From Piedraia hortae CBS 480.64 (taxonomy: Eukaryota), in contig MU005960.1 of assembly GCA_010093745.1 (NCBI GenBank), positions 1 through 64,000 on the forward strand: 64,000 bases of DNA, in the 5' to 3' direction. Of the stretch, positions 58,398 to 64,000 are shown in pieces. A model generated the notes under the pieces. The model made no database searches and was not told the DNA's origin. It saw nothing but the letters and a program-made list of their open reading frames with translations. Position 1 is the stretch's first letter; every line of letters begins with the position of its first letter. A program made the translations under genes and the position numbers.

Positions 58398-58904
58398 TGT
58401 TGGAGTCAAGCATCGCCACTAGCGCGTATGCGGGACACTTGCAAAGCAAGCCAGCTATTGTTGATATTAGTCGGGAGCCAGTCCCGACAGGGCTAGGGTG
58501 ACCAGTAAACTCATCTCCTCTAGAGTCTTAGCAAAAAGGTAGCAGCAACAACATTGCATTTCATGTCACTTCCCATTCTAATATTCACTAGCTATGCCCC
58601 CTACACTACCAGCTGCACCCTAGGTTTTTCCCTCACAGAAGTTTTCCCTCAGGGCCATGTCATACGTGACATGGTGAATGCGCCCTGCTAGTGTACGACG
58701 TGACGTCACCGGCCCACCGGTACAGGATTTTCATTCTGACATCCCCTCATAGAGATAGACAGCCATTCACACTGTCATATCGACACTGGTATTCACTCCT
58801 ACCCACCTGCATCTTTTCCTGTCTCTGTCGTTGATCTTCGCCTATCGTTACGTCCTCCTAGTTCGGGTCGCTACGCACTCCCATCCACTAGTCCTATCGC
58901 TACA
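58398..58904 (+). mobile_element. LTR, family A2, carrying a nested 132-bp element (3' end approximate)
   Basis: Starts TGTTGGAGTCAAGCATCGCC and is colinear with 37134-37475 after removing the insert. Confidence 0.88.
58459..58590. mobile_element. 132-bp nested solo LTR-like insert, TSD GCTAT
   Basis: GCTAT at 58454-58458 and 58591-58595. Ends TGTTGATATTAG...CTAATATTCACTA; absent from the two sister copies. Confidence 0.85.
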
Positions 58905-59446
58905 GCATAGACCATCTGTTTCACTACCAAGCTCAAGCCACAATGCGATACAACACAGCACTTCTTCTCCCAATATCATACATCTCGACCTTCGAATCAA
59001 TATAACTACGTTTGGCTCGGTAATTTTAGTCGCCTTTACATCTTCTCGGCGTTGGAGCTAAAGCTGCATACTACACCAAATCTCCTTTGAAAAACCGGAT
59101 CTGAGCCCAAACTCCGAGACCTAATCCAACACAATTATACAAATCACAAACCGAACCTCCAACCAAGTACCAATTTTCATACCACCCCAAAGCCCAAAAC
59201 CTCTGAGTACCTACACCTGCAAGGCGAAACGCTAAACCTTAAAAAGCGGGGTCTACCCCGCCTTCTCGACCTCAAACCAGAAAAAGAGGAAACCCACCCG
59301 CGACGCAGCACAATCCGCAAAGCAACTCACCCGCAAGAAACGCACCAAAAAAATCTACCCACACTCAAAAACCAACCACAAAGTAGAGCACCCCACCCGA
59401 AAGAAAAGCTCACTGGCAAAGCAACCCACACACCTCATCCCAAGAA

Positions 59447-59993
59447 ATGAAACTCCTCACCCTCAACTTCCTCACCTGCGCACGCAAAGCGTGCAAAGCC
59501 TCGCCTGCAGCGTTTCCCTTGCACCCGCGCCATGCAGAGCTCGAGATGATTGAAGGCGATTACAATATTGTGTTCATGAAGAATGTGCTGGGTAGACTGG
59601 ATTGGGGGGGACTGGGGGTGGTAGTGAGGGAGGTAAGTACCTTTTTCCTTAAGGGAGGGTGTTTCCCATGGGGATGCGTACAATTCGCTCTTGGACGGTT
59701 ATCAACTAGTTCCCGATTATGTCGGTTACTTGGATTGGTGCCGCCGCTATTTTTATTGTTTGTCATTGACTAACAGATGAAATCAGCTAGGTCTCCCGAC
59801 GACCAGTCTTCCCACGGCCGGGGAGGAAGGGGCGATGGAGATAGATCCCGAGTCAGCGGACTTGAAAGGATTGCATTCGCTTCTAATCGAAACGTCGATG
59901 AATAGCGGTGAGCTGGTGTGCGGAAACTGTGGACAGGTTTACCCTGTCAAAGAGGGGATTGCGAATTTCTTGTTGCCTAGTCATCTCGTTTAG
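59447..59993 (+). CDS. TRM112: methyltransferase activator Trm112; exons 59447-59632 and 59787-59993
   Basis: MKLLTLNFLTCA.K.C...FPL ... GELVCGNCGQVYPVKEGIANFLLPSHLV*. Intron GTAAGT..ACTAAC..CAG. Confidence 0.95.
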
Positions 59994-60231
59994 ATGGGAG
60001 GGATGAGGGACGTGGATGAACGCCGGATAAATTGATAGATTCCCGAGGCAAAAGGATGGTAAACAACCCTGCAAATGATAACAGCGCGCACGCGTCTACA
60101 TAATAACAAAATGTCACGATAGCAACAGCGTCACGTTGTTGTCCAGCAAAGAGACACAACAGCGTGACACAACCCCCATCTTCTTCCGAACATTCTTAAA
60201 GTCGCACGCTGCAGTAGACTGAGGAGGGCCC

Positions 60232-61146
60232 ATGATTCTGCCGCGTGTGCGTATATGTCTGGGGAAGATTTTGTATGGCAACAAGGCTGGCAAGAATGGC
60301 GTCCGCATCAGCCGCGACCGCATGATTAAGTATCCGTGCCATGAAACGGAACTGGAAGCTCTGCGGTTCGTCGCAGATCACACATCAATGCCCGCACCTC
60401 GGGTCTTGGAAAAGTTCTACCTCAAGGGCAAGCTGGGGGTTGTTATGGAATATTTTCCGAACACTCAGAGTCTTGACTCCTGCTGGGAGGAGCTAGACGG
60501 CGTGCAAAAGCGCGAGATTGTGAAGCAGTTATCGAACCATCTCGAACAAATGCGTGCTCTCCCGCCGGATGATGATTATAAGATTGCGTCGACCTATGGC
60601 CGGGCGTGTTACGATTTCCGCGTCGCGACGGATACCTTTGGGCCGTTTGAGGATTCGGTCGAGTTCCATGAGGCGCTCGTTAACGACCGGGTCAAATCAA
60701 ACCCAGTGATTCAAGATTTCATCTATAACGAGTACAAGGCCCGCTTTACTCATGGCAATCTGGACGTTATCAACATTCTGGTCAACAAGAAAACGCATCA
60801 GTTCGTTGCCCTCATCGACTGGAAGGGCGCCGGCTGGTTCCCTGACTATTGGGAGTATACCAAGATGCATTTCCACGCGATTTACTGCGTCGAGTTCGTG
60901 GAATTGATGAAGGAGGTTATCGAACGGTACGACAAAGAGCTAGAGATCGAAGAGTATCTGTGGAGGATCGAAAAGAAACCACTCGATCCCGCTACGAGGG
61001 CTGCGGACGAAGTTGTGCAGAGCATTGAGACAGACTCTGTGGCGGAGACTGTGATCGTAACTCCGCAGGTCAGTCCGCTTGACAATGACGAGGAGGTCGG
61101 ATGCATTTACGATCCTGTCTGCGCGCTGCTGCACTGCCGAAAGTGA
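60232..61146 (+). CDS. APH/choline kinase-like phosphotransferase with an altered catalytic motif
   Basis: E.EALRFV..HTSMPAPRV, VMEY, FTHGNL...NILV and LIDWKGAGWFPDYWEY motifs. Confidence 0.85.
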   Translation: MILPRVRICLGKILYGNKAGKNGVRISRDRMIKYPCHETELEALRFVADHTSMPAPRVLEKFYLKGKLGVVMEYFPNTQSLDSCWEELDGVQKREIVKQLSNHLEQMRALPPDDDYKIASTYGRACYDFRVATDTFGPFEDSVEFHEALVNDRVKSNPVIQDFIYNEYKARFTHGNLDVINILVNKKTHQFVALIDWKGAGWFPDYWEYTKMHFHAIYCVEFVELMKEVIERYDKELEIEEYLWRIEKKPLDPATRAADEVVQSIETDSVAETVIVTPQVSPLDNDEEVGCIYDPVCALLHCRK

Positions 61147-61423
61147 GCCCCAAGGGCATGCTGCAACGATTAGATAGCTGTACGAAGTCCAGTGATGATG
61201 TCAACGTTTCATCTAATGTCAATGTCATCTCTGTGATGTCCACGTGATGTCACGCACATGACTGACGCACCGATCAAAAATTAGTCATTAGACACCGGCA
61301 AGCGGTGAGGTCATAGTGAACGAAACCGGGCTAGAGCGCGCCCCGACGATCAAACGCGACGCTCATGCCTCGGTCGGCGCGGACGCGGCCAGTAGTAGAG
61401 CGGACAGCAGAGCGTGGTTGGAG

Positions 61424-62542
61424 ATGAAGGCGACACTGACGAAGCGGCAGCAAGCGCGCCACGAGCGGGCGCTGGCGGAGCTGGTGCGCACCGTGCCTGG
61501 CAACGAGCGCTGTGTCGACTGCGGCGCCAAGAACCCGAGCTGGGCGTCGTGGAGCCTGGGCGTCTTTCTGTGCGTACGATGCGCAGCCATACACCGCAAG
61601 CTGGGCACGCACGTGTCCAAGGTCAAGAGCCTAAGCATGGACAGCTGGACAGCAGACCAGGTGACCGCCATGCGCGAGATGGGGAACGCAGCCAGCGCGC
61701 GCATATGGAATCCCGCAGGAGTACGTCCCGACCTGCCTGTAGACGCCGGGCTCGTCGACATTGCCATGGAGCGCTACATCCGTCGCAAGTACGAGCAACA
61801 CGCCTTTGCAGCCGGAGCAGTGCCAGTACCGACACCGAGCTCGGGCCGATCGTTTGAGTCCGCCGAAGGCGAGCGACCACCGGTACCACCCAAGAACGGC
61901 CTAACCGAGTCTCCTCGCGCCGCCAGTCCGGTTGTCAACGGCCTCACGCTGAACAAAACGCGCAACAGCAATCCATGGGACATTTTAAGCGAACCGCGTC
62001 GGTCAGCAACGGCTCCCATTGCGCCCCAGCCTCAACCCGCATCCGCTGCATCCTGGAATCCTTTTCTCAGCCCGGCACGGCCGCAGCCGCAGCCCCAACC
62101 ACAACAATATCAATCCTCAGCAGATCTCTTCGCCGCAGTCCATCAAGAGCCACAATCAATAGACCATGACACCAACAATCCTTTTCTCCGCAGAGCCACG
62201 TCGCAGACTTTCCCCCTAAACACCAACCCCTGGGCGCAGCCCCAGCATCAATCATTCATCCAACCGCAGCATCAACAACAACAACATATCTTCACATCCC
62301 AGCCCACATACTCAAGTCCGACTCCGGTTTTCTCACACGGAAGTCAATGGTACAACCCCCAAGCAAACTATACTCAACAGCAAGGTTTCCAGCAAGGAAA
62401 CCCCTTCCAATCGCAACCGCAACAGGCTGTTAGTCATAATGGCACGAATCCCTGGCAGAGTCATCCGACGTCAAATGGATACGTGACACAGCAGGGGTTC
62501 CATCAGCAGCAGATGGGTGGGTATGGGGTTTATGGGCCGTAA
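61424..62542 (+). CDS. ArfGAP (Age2/Gts1/SMAP-like) with NPF/NPW-rich tail
   Basis: CVDC-x16-CVRC zinc finger, [20 protein letters not shown] and IRRKYE. First ATG at 61424. Confidence 0.93.
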   Translation: MKATLTKRQQARHERALAELVRTVPGNERCVDCGAKNPSWASWSLGVFLCVRCAAIHRKLGTHVSKVKSLSMDSWTADQVTAMREMGNAASARIWNPAGVRPDLPVDAGLVDIAMERYIRRKYEQHAFAAGAVPVPTPSSGRSFESAEGERPPVPPKNGLTESPRAASPVVNGLTLNKTRNSNPWDILSEPRRSATAPIAPQPQPASAASWNPFLSPARPQPQPQPQQYQSSADLFAAVHQEPQSIDHDTNNPFLRRATSQTFPLNTNPWAQPQHQSFIQPQHQQQQHIFTSQPTYSSPTPVFSHGSQWYNPQANYTQQQGFQQGNPFQSQPQQAVSHNGTNPWQSHPTSNGYVTQQGFHQQQMGGYGVYGP

Positions 62543-62721
62543 TTGGGAATCCTCTGTAGAATTTGACAAATCGTTGGCTGCATTGGTAGCTCATCACTGT
62601 ACAGGCTAAATTTCAGAACAAAGTAAACATTAACCTAAGCACTATTCACAACTCAACGGGGTAACTTTTTTTTTTTTTTAAAAAAAAAAAAAAATCATCA
62701 CACGTTGATATAGAGTACTAT

Positions 62722-64000
62722 TTACTTCCGCAGGAAGACAGGCACATCGCTGAGGTCGAGGCCGTATTCTTCCTGTCGAGCGACGCTCTTGCGTCGTCCC
62801 TCGCTTCCGCTTCTGCGTGTTCCGGCTGAGCCTTGGAAGCCTGAACCGCGTTCCCAGCCGTAGCCTAGTCCGCCGCTGTAGCGGTCGTAAAAGTCTAGAG
62901 AGTCTGTTCGGGTCGGGACCGAGGTGCTGTGTAGCGAGGCGGAGCTCTCGTTGGCGCCTGTTAGCTTGGCGAGGCTTTCGGCTCGTGAGCGCTCCGCTTG
63001 GCTGGCTTGGGAAGGGGAGTAGGCTCTAAAGACCTTGGGAGGAGCGTCTTGGGAACTGGTTTGGGGACGGGGATCCCAGGACTTAACTGTGACGAAGGTT
63101 GAGGTGGAGGTTGAGCAGCGGACGCTGGGTCGGAAGTTCTCCTTGTTTCCTTCCCAGGAGGCTGCAGGGGGAGTCACATAACGGGAGACGACGATTGAGG
63201 GCGAAGGTTCTGCTTGGCCATCTTCTGGCACCTCCTGAACCCCTTCTGGTCGGTGCTCCTTTTGCTGTTTCTTTCGCAGCTTCTTGTCTGTCCTCGGTGA
63301 TTCCACCTCGACGCTGTTGCGCGCTGATGCCGCGGGCGTGGACCTCGCGCTGTGGAGCTTCTTGGCGACGAGCTCATCGGCACGGTGCGTCAGCGCCTCG
63401 AAATCGGCCGGAAAGGCGGGCATGGGAGGGACGTCGGTGAACATGCTCTGGGGACGGTGCGGCATCACCGGCACCTTGGGTAGATCAGCCTCCGCCTTGG
63501 AATGCCACTCTGGGAACCGATCTTCCACCAGAACCGACAGTTGCGGCTTCTTCTTGGAACTCTGGGCGGGCGTTGCCATCCGCGGCTTGTCTTGCCAAGG
63601 CTTGTCGGCGTGCGCAAAGTCGCGACTCTTCATGCGCGCCAGTTCAGACGCCATTTCCGGCGTCATGCCCTTGTTCCGCGGCCTCAGCCAATTCGGTCCC
63701 AAGGCAAGCGGCGATGGTTGTCGGGTGTTACTTGTGGGCGCGTTGCGTGCCATTTCAGAAGCCACGCCATACAGTCCAGCGCCAAGAGCTCGTGCAGTGG
63801 CATCCATGTCATCCATGTGACTTGAAGGCATAGTGGGAATCGTCTCGGGACGTCCACCAGGAAGTGACGGACTGCGGCTGAACTTTTTTGTCCACGATCG
63901 GGACAATTCTGGCTCGGTGTTGACGCGGTCACGACTCTTGGACCGCCGTCGGACGAACGAAGGCCGCTTGGTAACACTCTTTTGGGGTATCGGGACTCCA
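62722..64000 (-). CDS. 3' part of a hypothetical fungal protein (runs off the window)
   Basis: At least 394-codon frame ending ...DRYSGGLGYGWERG.GF.GSAGTR...YGLDLSDVPVFLRK*. Confidence 0.8.
   Translation of the reverse strand, partial: GVPIPQKSVTKRPSFVRRRSKSRDRVNTEPELSRSWTKKFSRSPSLPGGRPETIPTMPSSHMDDMDATARALGAGLYGVASEMARNAPTSNTRQPSPLALGPNWLRPRNKGMTPEMASELARMKSRDFAHADKPWQDKPRMATPAQSSKKKPQLSVLVEDRFPEWHSKAEADLPKVPVMPHRPQSMFTDVPPMPAFPADFEALTHRADELVAKKLHSARSTPAASARNSVEVESPRTDKKLRKKQQKEHRPEGVQEVPEDGQAEPSPSIVVSRYVTPPAASWEGNKENFRPSVRCSTSTSTFVTVKSWDPRPQTSSQDAPPKVFRAYSPSQASQAERSRAESLAKLTGANESSASLHSTSVPTRTDSLDFYDRYSGGLGYGWERGSGFQGSAGTRRSGSEGRRKSVARQEEYGLDLSDVPVFLRK

Noticed and set aside
59091..59450. 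ATG-less 119-codon frame, or a structured ncRNA (telomerase/RNase P/MRP), upstream of TRM112
   Set aside because: T-poor composition explains the lack of stops. There is no intact telomeric template or convincing conserved boxes, only one small hairpin.

Overview
This is eukaryotic DNA from a filamentous ascomycete (Pezizomycotina-type genes; short GT-AG introns with CTRAC branch sites). Two compact blocks hold housekeeping genes. The first (~6.3-19.7 kb) has two C2-domain proteins, a UBX protein, proteasome alpha7, a GH17 glucanase and ornithine decarboxylase. The second (~42-64 kb) has a ULD protein, an Esc2/Rad60-like protein, LSM6, a methyltransferase, eRF1, TRM112, an APH-like kinase and an ArfGAP. 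Degenerate accessory DNA lies at 0-6 kb, ~20-42 kb and 53.6-59.4 kb. It holds about 14 solo LTRs of at least 7 families (seven with exact 5-bp target-site duplications, three nested), Copia and CACTA/Plavaka-like transposon relics, a GST, orphan ORFs and pseudogenes. The clearest hidden regulatory signals are translational. One is a non-AUG uORF ending Pro-Pro-stop in the ODC leader. The other is an eRF1 3' end with a leaky-context UGA-C stop, a 33-codon extension and a 3'UTR intron, which is the layout of a readthrough/NMD autoregulatory switch. The most novel-looking item is an ~80-nt hairpin module shared by two otherwise dissimilar LTR families. All calls come from reading the sequence; no database search was run.
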